In this document: positions 1 through 11,463 of the stretch, one piece after another
Position numbering within the stretch: position 1 is the stretch's first letter
Layout of the letters: each line of letters starts with the position of its first letter
NCBI GenBank assembly: GCA_001179505.1
Contig: CDMY01000593.1
Span: 1-46,456, forward strand
Direction of reading: 5' to 3'
From: Vitrella brassicaformis CCMP3155
Lineage: Eukaryota; Protista; Chromerida
Length of the DNA stretch: 46,456 bases
Notes under the pieces: generated by a model
Told to the model about the DNA's origin: nothing
What the model saw: the letters and a program-made list of their open reading frames with translations, nothing else
Database searches by the model: none
Translations under genes and position numbers: made by a program

Positions 1-1
1 C

Positions 2-517
2 ATGTCCGTTGACCCCAACAGACGCGCCGCACTCCACTCACAAATCAATGGCAGCAATGCCGGCGAAGTGGCCGAGATCCTGATGCTCGTCGAGCAGCAC
101 ATTGGCAAGGCCCTCAGTCATCTCGGCCTGGCGGACGTGTTGGCCTTCGACAGTGGCGGTGATGTGGAGGCCGGCTTGAAGGTGGTCTACGCGCTGGAGC
201 GGGGCAGTGGCGAGGAGTGGCGGGCGATGGGACGATTCCTTCGGCTGGCCTTCATCTACCGGCTCACCCCTGCTGATGCGATGCGGCCCCTCCGTCTGTC
301 GGCTGACGCGCTGCCCACAGCAACAGCCTTTTATCAGCTGCCACTCATTATGGCCCTCTACAAGATCATCGGCCAGCAGCTCACACACCACACAGACAGC
401 CTGGCGCTGCAGCCAGCCGACAACAATGAGAGCCATCGGATCGGCTATGAGTTGTTTCGTGTGGTGCCGTTGGGTGAGCTGCCCGGCGGCCATCCCACGG
501 CGGGGGACATAGAGTGA
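2..517 (+). CDS. Hypothetical protein, probably the 3' part of a gene starting upstream of the window; possibly truncated
   Basis: Intronless 171-codon ORF with protein-like composition (GRFLRLAFIYRLTP...RLSADALPTATAFYQLPLIMALYKIIG). It ends abruptly where an AT-rich segment starts. It resembles, from memory only, a repetitive Vitrella-expanded hypothetical family. Confidence 0.5.
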   Translation: MSVDPNRRAALHSQINGSNAGEVAEILMLVEQHIGKALSHLGLADVLAFDSGGDVEAGLKVVYALERGSGEEWRAMGRFLRLAFIYRLTPADAMRPLRLSADALPTATAFYQLPLIMALYKIIGQQLTHHTDSLALQPADNNESHRIGYELFRVVPLGELPGGHPTAGDIE

Positions 518-867
518 AAGGACATATTGTAAAAATCGATCGAATGAAGCCGATTTTTTCAAATTTTCAGCCATCATGTGGGAAGAACTGATCGAAATCG
601 AAGCCAAAATCCAGCAGATTTTTTGAATCATGCCTTGAAAGCTGATCGAAATCGGGCCTGGCCGAGGGCATGCGAAGGTTTTTTTCAGTGCAACGCTGCA
701 TTCACGTTGTTAGGTGGCGGAGCTTGTGATGTTCTTGCCACTGTGCTTCGAACATGAATGATATCCATCGCCAGACGCGAGCTGCAGAGACTGCAGCTCG
801 CAGGTGGCAGCGATTCATAGAAGTGCAGATCTGTCGCCCCCCTTGTTTGATTCTTCGCTCCCACGCC

Positions 868-1533
868 ATGGGCAAACAACAGAAAGGAAAGGGAGCGAAG
901 AGGCGCGCTGCCAGCCCACCTGCCAATGATGACGAGGAGAAGGAGGAGGAGAAGGAGGAGAAGAAGAACAAGATGGCATCGCAGAAGGATGAGGATGTGC
1001 CGATGACGGCACGCGAGGAACATCAAAAACTCAAGAAGTGGACGTGGAGTCCAGAGATCTACGACTACGAACGGCGGAGGATGACCCCCGCGTTTGCGCA
1101 GAGGCAGGGGCCATTGACGTGGAGGGGGGGGGAGTGGATTGACTGCGCCTGCGGCCAGCCACCGCTGCAAGACGGGTGTGAAAGGCGGCATCGGGCAGCT
1201 CAACGATAGGCACCCCCCGCCGTTCGGCCCACCAAAGGTCCGCGAGTTGAATGCCCACAAGACATGGCGGCTGAAGAGAGAAGGTATGCGGCCACTGAGC
1301 AGCACGTGGGTTGGGCGTCTGCACGTTCTTTCTCCCTGTGTGTTACCCTTCTCAGGCTCGACAGGAGCGTCAGCAGAGGCGGGACGGGGGCGAGGACGTG
1401 CCATCCCCCAGCCGTGCGGACGAGAGGGCGAGGATCGAAGAGGAGATCCGCTCCGAGCGTCCCCCACCCAAGCCCGCACCAGCTGCCTGTCAGCTCGACC
1501 CCCCCAAAAGCACCAGCTGGGGGAGTGCTCTAG
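868..1533 (+). other. Possible short or degenerate gene (Lys/Glu-rich N-terminus); reading frame not resolvable
   Basis: ATG at 868 gives MGKQQKGKGAKRRAASPPANDDEEKEEE.... A G9 run at 1124-1132 coincides with a possible frame switch, and there is a plausible GTATGC...CTTCTCAG intron at about 1284-1353. No recognisable domain. Confidence 0.2.
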
Positions 1534-2236
1534 GCTACCTTTTTTCCGTGTGTTCGCCCGATCGGTTCTTCCGGGGTTGCCAATCGACCGATAAAAAACG
1601 ACCGAAAAAAAGGGTTACACAAACACGGAAAAGACGCCAGAAAAGCGCATGCAGCCCCCACCCCAGTGTGAAGGAGGAGCAGCGTCGGAGGTCTCATAAA
1701 GGCCCCTCACGCACAACGGCGAACAGAGCTCGGGTGAGAAACACACAGCATGACGATACAAAGCAGACTTACCTCGTCATTCTTGTCATGTATGTGTGCC
1801 AGATCAATAGCTAGAGAGTTTTGGAGGTGAGAGGACAGTCAGCCTCTTGAGTAGCCAGAGCAGCGTCAGGTGAGAGGATGATCACCCAGGTATTGCCTGT
1901 GATCGTTACGATATTACTGTTTTCTGTCAGCTGTGAGTCTGCTCACAGCAGTAAACTGCTTGGATGGCGTAGGTTTCGTACGGTGGGTCGGTCGGTCACT
2001 GCCCAAGGTGCGAGACGGTGTGTTTCATGGCCAATCGGCGTACATATGAGACAGACGTTCCAAGAAACATTCACGGCCGAACAGAGAACGACAGAGGACC
2101 CAGACGGGCATGTAGAAGAGAACACAGGCAACACCATGACAAACACGTACAAAAAAACGTAAGGACACGCAACAGAAAGCATCGATTGTCAACAAGCCAA
2201 GACACCGAAGCATCTGGACATGCACATCGTATCAAA

Positions 2237-3560
2237 TCACACGCAAAAAGGCGAGAACCTATCACCTGCACACAAACGCCACACACACACACACATCCAC
2301 ACACACCTNNNNNNNNNNNNNNNNNNNNNNNNNNNNNNNNNNNNNNNNNNNNNNNNNNNNNNNNNNNNNNNNNNNNNNNNNNNNNNNNNNNNNNNNNNNN
2401 NNNNNNNNNNNNNNNNNNNNNNNNNNNNNNNNNNNNNNNNNNNNNNNNNNNNNNNNNNNNNNNNNNNNNNNNNNNNNNNNNNNNNNNNNNNNNNNNNNNN
2501 NNNNNNNNNNNNNNNNNNNNNNNNNNNNNNNNNNNNNNNNNNNNNNNNNNNNNNNNNNNNNNNNNNNNNNNNNNNNNNNNNNNNNNNNNNNNNNNNNNNN
2601 NNNNNNNNCGAGTGTGAGTGGTGTGTGGTATGCTTACCGTGACTTCTCGTGTTCTCTTCTTGACGCCTCCTTCGCACGACTTGGAGCACTCACCCCAATC
2701 CTTCCACTCGGCAACCGCACAGTCGCGAACTGACAAACCATACACACATCCATGTGTTAGCCATGTGAGTGTGCTGACGATGAGGGTACCGACCTTGGAA
2801 GCACTCGTCGTTGTCTCCGCGGACGTAGTTCTCTGCACAGACGCACTTGCCCACCCCGCTGCCGGCGCCCGGCTCGCCCTCGGGAATCCGCTGCACCTGC
2901 ACACACAGACGGACCAACCACAGACACACACGGACATCCATGTGCGCATCCCTTGGATGTGGTTGGTTTGGTCCTTTACCTCGCAGACTTCGTTTCTATC
3001 TTCTGAGCATTCGATCGTCGAACACAGAGACTCACAGCGACCGAACCTGCACACAGATAATACACAACCCACACCATCCATCCATCCATCCATCCATGTG
3101 TGTGTATGTGAGCTGACCCGTCGTCTTGCGATTGGCAGGTCTCATTCCACTTGCAGTAAGATGCCAGCTCAGTGCATTCCAGACCTGCACACCATCACGC
3201 AGACACACAATCTCACCCACATCCGGCGGCCGAGTGGTTCTTTTGTCACACGCACCAGGGTCGCAGTCGCCGCCGTCGAATTCGCATGCATAGTTGTAGC
3301 ACGTCAAGTCACACACCGAATCGTTGACCCACTCCAAATCTCGGCAATCCCCAAAACAAGTGTCGGGAAACTCCCTTCTGTTGGTGCCGTTTTCTGTCTG
3401 CTGGTCGGCATTGATTCGCGGCACGCCGCGACAGTCATCGCCGTCCCAGCCGCACTCCTCAGTGAAGCATTCGGGGTCGCACACACCGTCGGCGTACCAG
3501 TCCTCTGACCGACACACGCCGTTGCAGCTGGAGGGAATCGACGAGGGGGACCCTGATGCT

Positions 3561-3591
<31 letters not shown>

Positions 3592-3811
3592 ATGAATGAG
3601 TACGTGTACTTGCCTGTGGGTCTGTGTATGTGTATTCCGCACCTTGCAGCCGCCTCCTGCGCTGTGTGATCTTCCTGATGTGGCTGCTGCTCCCCCCGCC
3701 CCCCCTGGCCTGTCTGCCCGATCCGTCCCGCCAGTTACCCCCCATGTAGACGACCAGCAAGCCGAGCAGAGCGATGCCACACACAACAACCGAATGCACC
3801 ACTCGCGACAT
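2237..3811 (-). CDS. Secreted adhesin-like protein: signal peptide, 2x LNR (Notch) repeats, Cys-rich/EGF-like segment, TSP1 domain (multi-exon, spans a gap)
   Basis: Exons 3811-3643, 3552-3217, 3184-3118, 3046-2980, 2896-2794 and 2729-2638 join in frame through GT-AG introns. LNR1 CNGVCRSEDWYADGVCDPECFTEECGWDGDDC; LNR2 CFGDCRDLEWVNDSVCDLTCYNYACEFDGGDC; EGF-like ...GKCVCAENYVRGDNDEC; TSP1 DCAVAEWKDWGECSKSCEGGVKKRTREV. The 3' end beyond the gap (stop at 2237) is tentative. Confidence 0.85.
2309..2608. other. Assembly gap (300 N)
   Basis: Run of N; interrupts the LNR/TSP1 gene. Confidence 1.
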
Positions 3812-5403
3812 ATCTTATCTGCCTATGCGCCACGAGAGCTCGCTGACGAATGAATCAAGGAATGAAGGAGTGGGTGAACGAGTGACAGACAGACAGACAG
3901 ACAAGCGAGAATAACAGACACGTGCGCTCGCTCAGTGCACGCAGTGGACGTCGGCAAGAGGACAAAGAGAGAAAGAGAAGCAACAAGCAGACTCGCTCAA
4001 CAAGACCTGCTCTCTCCCAATCAGACAGACAAACAGGCAGACAGTCAGACACGCACCAGGCTGCTGTGCTGCAAGCCGCCCACCGACTACACTAAAGAAG
4101 GCAAGCAACTGACTGACTGACTGAGCTCCCGGATACAAAAAGAGCACTCAATCACTCACACCCAACTCACAGCCGCACAAGGGAGGCAGAAACCGACACA
4201 ACACACACACAGCTGATCTGACAGCTGATAATTAGATCTGATTTGCCCTTAGGTCCGCCAACACGGGTCTGCCGCTGCGACTGAAAGGCACGAGAGCCTC
4301 CCTCCAAGATGCCTCGCTCCTTCAGGCACAGATCACCCTCCGATAGCCGCGGTGTCCGGCTGATGCTGTTGCTTGGCGCATGGCTGTCTCGGGCGGCGTC
4401 TGGTCTCCACGGCGTCNNNNNNNNNNNNNNNNNNNNNNNNNNNNNNNNNNNNNNNNNNNNNNNNNNNNNNNNNNNNNNNNNNNNNNNNNNNNNNNNNNNN
4501 NNNNNNNNNNNNNNNNNNNNNNNNNNNNNNNNNNNNNNNNNNNNNNNNNNNNNNNNNNNNNNNNNNNNNNNNNNNNNNNNNNNNNNNNNNNNNNNNNNNN
4601 NNNNNNNNNNNNNNNNNNNNNNNNNNNNNNNNNNNNNNNNNNNNNNNNNNNNNNNNNNNNNNNNNNNNNNNNNNNNNNNNNNNNNNNNNNNNNNNNNNNN
4701 NNNNNNNNNNNNNNNNACCAGCAAGCCGAGCAGAGCGATGCCACACACAACAACCGAATGCACCACTCGCGACATACAGGCTTGTCCGCCTATGCGCCAC
4801 GAGAGCTCGCTGACGAATGAATCAATGAATGAATGAATGAAGGGGTGGGTGAGTGAGTGAACGAGTGACAGACAGACAGACAGACAGACAAGCGAGAATA
4901 ACAGACACGTGCGCTCGCTCAGTGCACGCAGTGGACGTCGGCAAGAGGACAAAGAGAGAAAGAGAAGCAACAAGCAGACTCGCTCAACAAGACCTGCTCT
5001 CTCCCAATCAGACAGACAAACAGGCAGACAGTCAGACACGCACCAGGCTGCTGTGCTGCAAGCCGCCCACCGACTACACTAAAGAAGGCAAGCAACTGAC
5101 TGACTGACTGAGCTCCCGGATACAAAAAGAGCACTCAATCACTCACACCCAACTCACAGCCGCACAAGGGAGGCAGAAACCGACACAACACACACACAGC
5201 TGATCTGACAGCTGATAATTAGATCTGATTTGCCCTTAGGTCCGCCAACACGGGTCTGCCGCTGCGACTGAAAGGCACGAGAGCCTCCCTCCAAGATGCC
5301 TCGCTCCTTCAGGCACAGATCACCCTCCGATAGCCGCGGTGTCCGGCTGATGCTGTTGCTTGGCGCATGGCTGTCTCGGGCGGCGTCTGGTCTCCACGGC
5401 GTC
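3753..5403. repeat. Direct duplication (3753-4416 and 4717-5403) flanking a 300-N gap
   Basis: The two copies look identical over about 500 nt. They differ just upstream of the LNR-gene ATG (TCTTATCT vs CAGGCTTGTCC) and in microsatellite unit counts. Confidence 0.95.
4417..4716. other. Assembly gap (300 N)
   Basis: Run of N. Confidence 1.
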
Positions 5404-5542
5404 ACTGAAGCGAAGGAAGAGGGCCAGACGAGGGAGAGTAGCGGCGAGAGATCAGTCGATCCAAACCCCTCAAACCCAAACCCTGCACATTGTCCAAAAC
5501 ACGGCGGGGGAAGGAGCAGGCCGGGAGGAACGCACGCCCAAA

Positions 5543-6206
5543 ATGGCTGTGGAGCATCTGGCCCTGCGCGTCATTCATGGCATCAATGTGGCTGGTGAGT
5601 GCCGTAGGGTAAGCGAGGAGTGAACGCAGGGCGAACTCAGGGCACAGAAGATGGTGGCCATTCATTGTCTTGCTGTCAGCTGCCGGCTTCTTTGGCCTCA
5701 GTGCACTATTTGCTCCGAAGTTCGCTGCAACGTACGCTACGCGCATCCGCAGATCTACGCGCCCACACTCACAACACCATCCAATGCATGAGCACTGCAT
5801 GCCCCCTGCTCTGCTTGTGTGTCTCGTGCAGGCAGCTGTTCTCGGGCAGCATCGCCCCGTCCCATTCGCTGAGTGTGACGGGCGCACTCTGGACGAGCAT
5901 CTCTCTCGGGTCTGCATGCGGCCTCTACAACCCCCTGCCCTTCGCATCGATTCTGCTCATTCAGGTAGGTGGGGCGAGGCTCCAGCTGACCATATGGATG
6001 CAGTCTCTCTGTCCTTGTGTGTGTGTGTGTGTGTGTGTGTTGTGGGCCAGCTGCTGTATAAGGGTCTGTTTGTGGTGTTCCACACCTTGCCCTGGCTGGC
6101 CGGTGGCCGCAAAACGTCCTTTCCCGCCATCATGTCGGCTGTGTTTATGTTTTGGATCGTTGTGAACCCCTTCATCATCCCCTGGGGCTACCTGTTCGCT
6201 ATTTGA
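5543..6206 (+). CDS. Small ~4-TM membrane protein of unknown function (4 exons)
   Basis: Spliced product MAVEHLALRVIHGINVAAAGFFGLSALFAPKFAATQLFSGSIAPSHSLSVTGALWTSISLGSACGLYNPLPFASILLIQLLYKGLFVVFHTLPWLAGGRKTSFPAIMSAVFMFWIVVNPFIIPWGYLFAI*; all joins are GT-AG and in frame. Confidence 0.8.
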
Positions 6207-6634
6207 CTGACTGCATCCGTGTAGGCATCCATCGATTGACATCGTTTAGGTGGTTTGTGTTCTTTTGTTGTAGGAGTTCTTCAAGTACTAATTGTAGGCT
6301 CTGAGAGGGTTCACTGCAATAATAGTCAGTCAGTCGTCTCTACTTACACCCACACATCGCCATCGCCCCACAAGCATCGACCCGCACGTCCACACAGACA
6401 CAACTTCGGCTATGTACACCAACCAGCATGTAGGGCGGGCCATCAAGATTCATTTTGAGGTGCCTCTCGCACATCAGCACATCACATGCACGTGATTGAG
6501 GTGCCTCTCGCCCTCAAGGAAAGGAGGAAAAGGAAAAAAGCAGCACAGTCACTCACTCACCCACTCTCCCCGCCCCGCCGCTTCGCTTAACCAAACACAA
6601 CTACATCAACACTCACTCCACTTGTCACTTCGGT

Positions 6635-7980
6635 TCAGATTTTTCTGAATCTGCCCCATGCGTGGGGTGCGACCAGCACTGGCATGCCCTTGTCAAACAT
6701 CGTACGCACTAAATCAACCTGGACTAGACCTGCAACCAACGAGCCAACCATCCAACCATCCAGCCAGCCACAGTGCAGACAGAAGAAAACGGTCATGAGT
6801 GTGGTCCTGTCGTCCTGTCGTCCTGTGCTTACGTTCCGACGCTTTGATGATTTGTCTGTGCGTCTGTTGAGACGGCAGCCCTCGCCGATCCGCCGCCACA
6901 AAGGGTTCAACTGATCCAGGACAGACCGAGATGCACCCACGGATGATGGACGGACGTCGCATGCGTCGCCTGGAGGGATGGAAGCTAAGCTGCTTACGGC
7001 GTGTTGCAGGTAGTGTATCCAGGTGTCTTCCTCCCAATACTCGATGTGCTCGAAGAAGACAAAGGTGCCATTGGGCCGCAACACACGCTCCAACTCTGAT
7101 ACCTGATGCTGACATGACACACACCAACAGACACATCGCCTACACATCCACACGTCCAGTCCACCAGTGGGCCAGGGCACCTTGAGGTGTGACACGGAGC
7201 ACAGCACGTGCAGTGACACGACGGCATCGAAGCTTTCGTCAGCATAGCCACTCAGCGACACATTGGATGACAGATGCACACGAGCCGCGGGCACCCCTGC
7301 ACGCCAAGCCACGCTCCGTCCGCATTCGTGATCGAGTCGCTTGTGTGTGTATCTGCTCGCTTACCCCTTTCTCGGGCTCGTGCTTGGAATGTGTCCCAGA
7401 AGAAACGATTTGGCTCGATGCCCACGTACTCCTGCCCCCCACACACACATACACAGAGGGGATGCTGCTCTGCTGTCAATCTGTCCATTCGCACCTCGAT
7501 GGAATCCCATTTGTAGAAGGGCAAGCTAATGCCCGACCTGCCGATGGCAGTCAGGGACAGACTCTGATTGACAGATCCCATGTGTATGTCTGTGTGGCTC
7601 ATCGTACCCTGGCCCGATCTCCAGCACTCGGCCGTGCAGCTCACCGATCCAATTCTCGACGGCATCTGCACACATACTTGGATGGATCGATGAACGACAC
7701 CAGTGGACGGACCTGTGGGGGGCGCTTGCCTATGTGTCTATCTGTGTGAGTACCGGTCTCACCTGGGTGTGTGAAGTTGTGTTTCGCCCTGACCTGCAGC
7801 CACGAGAACAGCTGCTGACTCCGGTGGCCAAACACACCAGGCTCTGCGCGCACACACCAACACAACAGACACGCTGAGGCGCATCCGCGCATGGATCTGG
7901 CAGCGCTGCGAGATGGTGTGTGTGTGTGTGTACCGATTTCGACTGTTCCTCGCAGATAGGCCACCCCTGCCGTCAACACC
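6635..7980 (-). CDS. Class I SAM-dependent methyltransferase, METTL7/TMT1-like (Methyltransf_11); 5' end uncertain, may extend to ~8200
   Basis: Spliced motifs GRVLEIGPG|SGISLPFY (motif I), YVGIEPN, DESFDAVVSLHVLCSV, ELERVLRPNGTFVFFEH and NPLWRRIGEGCRLNR. Confidence 0.85.
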
Positions 7981-8282
7981 TGCATATGCATGCTCCACAC
8001 AGATGCACACACAGCCAGATCACTCGGCAGAGAGATGCGTCCGATCTTGTGTTGTCACGTCACGTACAGCAGCGATGGCAGACAGGTCCCAGACGCATGC
8101 ACGTGCCGAACACATCCCGCAAGGGAACGCTGGAGTCCCGGATCGCCAGCTCGCATGCAGAGACTGCGAGAAGAGAGAGAATTTCGAAGAAAGACAGCGA
8201 AGGAAGGCATGGCCGCCCACGCTCATCAACGTCGCTCCTCCTGCCACGGCTGATCCTCCCACAATCAGGTGAAGCGGAGGAC

Positions 8283-10060
8283 ATGGTCTCGGCGACAAGG
8301 CCAGCGGAGTCATTGGAGTATCGCTCCGAGTCGGAGGCTGAAGGAGATGCCGAAGGCGGCACTGGCGACAAGGATGCGTCGCCTCAGGAGGCTGACATGT
8401 GGGGCTTTCTGGTGTTGCGGATTGGCTGTGTGACCTTTTGGCTGACGGATTACCCTATGAGGCATTTTCTTCTCATTATCGGCCTTGTCCTGATCTATGC
8501 AGTCTACTGGTAGTGTGGCGTTATCTACCTACTTACCTACCTCCCTACCGCCCGGCCCCTGCTTGATGAGGAGGTTTATGGGATTGAGGTCACGGCGTCT
8601 GTGACTGCAATACCGCCGTTGGTGATGCTCTTCGTCGGATTGGGAAGTCTGTTTGCACCGCCTCTCTGGTGCGGCATTCGATGCATCATCTATTTCTCGA
8701 TCGTCCTCGCCATCGGCCTCTCCGGACGCCTGTTCGGAGTTGTGGTTATAGTGTGGTTGGACCTCGACGGTCCTGGGCCCTTTGGCGAAGATCTCATCGG
8801 GTGGCTCTTTGGCGTACTAACGTGGCTGGCTGGTGCGGTTCTTCTGCAGTTCACCCTATTATCCGTGCTTCAGGAGCCGCGGGTTATCCGTGCTTCGCCC
8901 AAACCGACAGGTGGAAGGGATCTTGACGTTAATACCAATCGTCTCTCATGCTGCGGCAGTCGGGCAGACTGGAGACCCTCCGCGATGGCCGAGCTTATAG
9001 CCAAGGGTCGGCAAGGAGAGCCCTTCCTGTATCGCTCGGTGATCAAGCGGTGGTTCAAACGGATAGACTTTCTCACCTTCGTTCGCTTGCACAAACTGCT
9101 GGCCATTGTGTGGATGGTCATTGACTTCCTCACTTCTGTGGCGGTGGGGGTGGCATTGATTGTGTGGGCAGAGAAGTTGAGCGTCAGGTTTTTTCGGGCA
9201 ATGTCTATTTGTGGCTCGCCCGAATTCCTCAAGAAAATCTACATCATGAACCGGGCCCCGGAGGGGGGGTGGCCGGATGAGTTCGACGAGAGGTTTCCGG
9301 ATGAGTGCGCGATGAGAGTGCCGAAGCCGGAAAATATTTTATCTTTGTGGCTTGAATGAGATCGGCGATTGCGTGATACCCACGGTGGACCGTTTCAATG
9401 AAGAAACGCTAGGCTCCGAGATTGTCGGCTATGTCATCAGTGGCTTAGCGCTAGCCGACATAGCGTCAGTATTCGTTCACTATGCCATCCGCGGCTCTCC
9501 ATCACTATGCCAACACATCTGGATTGCGGCCTTTGCACTGCTGGAACTGCCCATCTTGGTGCTGACGCTTGTGTGGGCGCCGGGGGCCGTCGATCCCTCA
9601 CTCATCGCTGTGTCTGCCTTCTTCACTATTACGACGGTTTCGTGGCGAGTCGGGTCGTTTGCAAGGAAGACATACGTGTGTCGCAGAGATGGATTTTCGA
9701 TCGATACTAAGGAGGTGAGAAGAGGGAATGAGGAAGGAAAAACTGGCGGGTTTCACTTGGTTTACTGTGCTTTGTTTTCTGTGTCCCAGGAGGGTGTGGG
9801 TGCTCATGAGGAGGCCGAGGGCGGCGCAGAGTGGTTGGGGATGGAGCCCAGTCAGGACAAGGTATCATGCAACACACACACAGGGACAGACAGGCAGACA
9901 GACAGACACACCCACACACACATGAACACTCCTCGGTGTGGTTGTCTCGTGCGGTGTTCAGGGCTATTCGGTCGTCCCCGCCCCAGGCGCGTCGCAGCCG
10001 GCATTCCAACACCCACTCCCACTCCCGCCTGCACACACACATCACGACGCCGTCATGTGA
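8283..10060 (+). pseudogene. Polytopic membrane protein gene with an in-frame TAG (8511-8513) and a frameshift (~9316-9356)
   Basis: The same frame reads LVLIYAVYW*CGVIYLLTYLP...TAIPPLVMLF across the TAG. A hydrophobic ORF continues to 9359 and resumes in the +1 frame (LNEIGDCVIP...ELPILVLTLVW). Two canonical 3' introns follow; stop at 10058-10060. Confidence 0.65.
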
Positions 10061-10218
10061 CGACGTGATCTGATTGTTGCCGATCGCGCACACACACGCA
10101 CACACGCACTGGTTGATGGAGAGCAATTAATATTCACGGTGGGGTCTCTGTCATGGATAGCTGGCCAGTCGTTGCTTGCTTGATGGTCTGCAAGCGCCGC
10201 TTGTTGTATGGTGCTGCG

Positions 10219-10254
<36 letters not shown>

Positions 10255-10341
10255 TGTGTCTGTGTGTGTGTGTGTGTGTCTGTTAGTCTCTCTCTGTGTG
10301 TGTGTGTGTGTCTATGTGTGTGTGTTTGTGTGTGTGTGTGT
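10219..10341. repeat. Compound (CT)n(GT)n microsatellite
   Basis: Long intergenic TC/TG dinucleotide tract; many similar tracts occur through the window. Confidence 0.95.
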
Positions 10342-10616
10342 ATTGTGCATTGAGACAGCCGGCCTGCCTGCCCAGCTGCTGCTGTTGACGTGACTAAATG
10401 TTAATGTACCATTCCTTGAGTCCTCGGAGATCACGGCCACACCGACGCACACACACGCACACACGGACACACAGAATAAGTACACACATGACACCTGTCT
10501 GAGCTGAACAGCAGAGCACACGACAGCAGCCAAACTTGGGCGAACCGTCTTAGCAGACACACACACACGAGCAACCTCTAAGCGATCACGAAGATTTACG
10601 AGAGATACGCAAGCTG

Positions 10617-11463
10617 ATGAGTTTCTTCGGCGTCAGCGCCTTGCTTCTCGCCCATGTGGTGCCGTTGCACGGCCTGCAGCTTCCATCTGCAGTGCGGGAC
10701 CCCATCCACCAGCAGCATCAGCACGGGAACGAGCATGGCCGTGAGTGGGAGGCGGCCCTCAACACATCCCATCACGTCCACGACCTGTCGGGCCAGATTG
10801 CGGATCTCAGGAGCGAAATCGAGGCCATCGGTCGGCTCCGCGCGCAGGAGGAATCGTCCTACGAGCACCTGATGAGCAACCTCCGGACGCAGCAACGAGC
10901 TTTGGAGAGGATGAATGAGACCCATCAGCAGCAGAGGGCCAACCAGGCCGAGAACTGTGACGACGAGCGGCTCGATCTCTGCCACACACTGGGGCTGTAT
11001 CTGGCCGACAGCACCCACGGCGACGACAGGCTGATGGAGCTGACTCGCACCTGTGTCAAGTTTGTGTCCCTGGGGCGGCGGGTGGATGCGGAGAGATCTG
11101 CCTCTGCAGCTGCTGCTGCGGCTGTTGCTGCTGCGAGGGATGGTCCTGTAGCTAATGGGATGGAGGAAACGAAGAGGCAGCTGGAGAGGCTGAAAGAGGA
11201 GAAAGGGAGGGAGCTGCAGAGATACATCGATGAGAAGCAGCAGCAGGTGAGCTGAGATGACTGACACATGAGGAGATGGCATGGATGGATGGATGTGTGT
11301 GGGTGTGTGTTGATGACTTAAGGTGTCTGCAATGGAGGGCGGGATCCGCCGGCTGCAAAGGCAGGTCTGGAACAACACTGACCAGCTCGCCGCAGATAAG
11401 GCCAAGTGCACCCACGACGTGCAGCAACAATTCTGCCAACACTATCTCGCTGCGAAAGGGTGA
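10617..11463 (+). CDS. Secreted coiled-coil protein of unknown function (2 exons)
   Basis: Signal peptide MSFFGVSALLLAHVVPLHG; heptad-like segments (LSGQIADLRSEIEAI, MEETKRQLERLKEEK). A GTGAGC...TTAAG intron leads to VSAMEGGIRRLQRQVW...AAKG*. Confidence 0.75.

Noticed and set aside
2133-2147. 15-nt match ACCATGACAAACACG shared with ~44137-44151
   Set aside because: A match of this length is expected by chance in a 46-kb self-comparison, and the flanks are unrelated.
1878-2162. 94-aa ORF with a signal-peptide-like start
   Set aside because: No domain and no splice support; it lies in the probable 3' region of the opposite-strand gene, so it cannot be supported.
5461-5484. Telomere-like AAACCC repeats (also TAGGGTTTGGGG near 46164)
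   Set aside because: Only 2-3 degenerate units; not an interstitial telomere array. A telo-box promoter role cannot be supported from two instances.
6455-6511. CRISPR-like repeat-spacer-repeat
   Set aside because: Two 16-nt repeats only, eukaryotic context and no cas genes.
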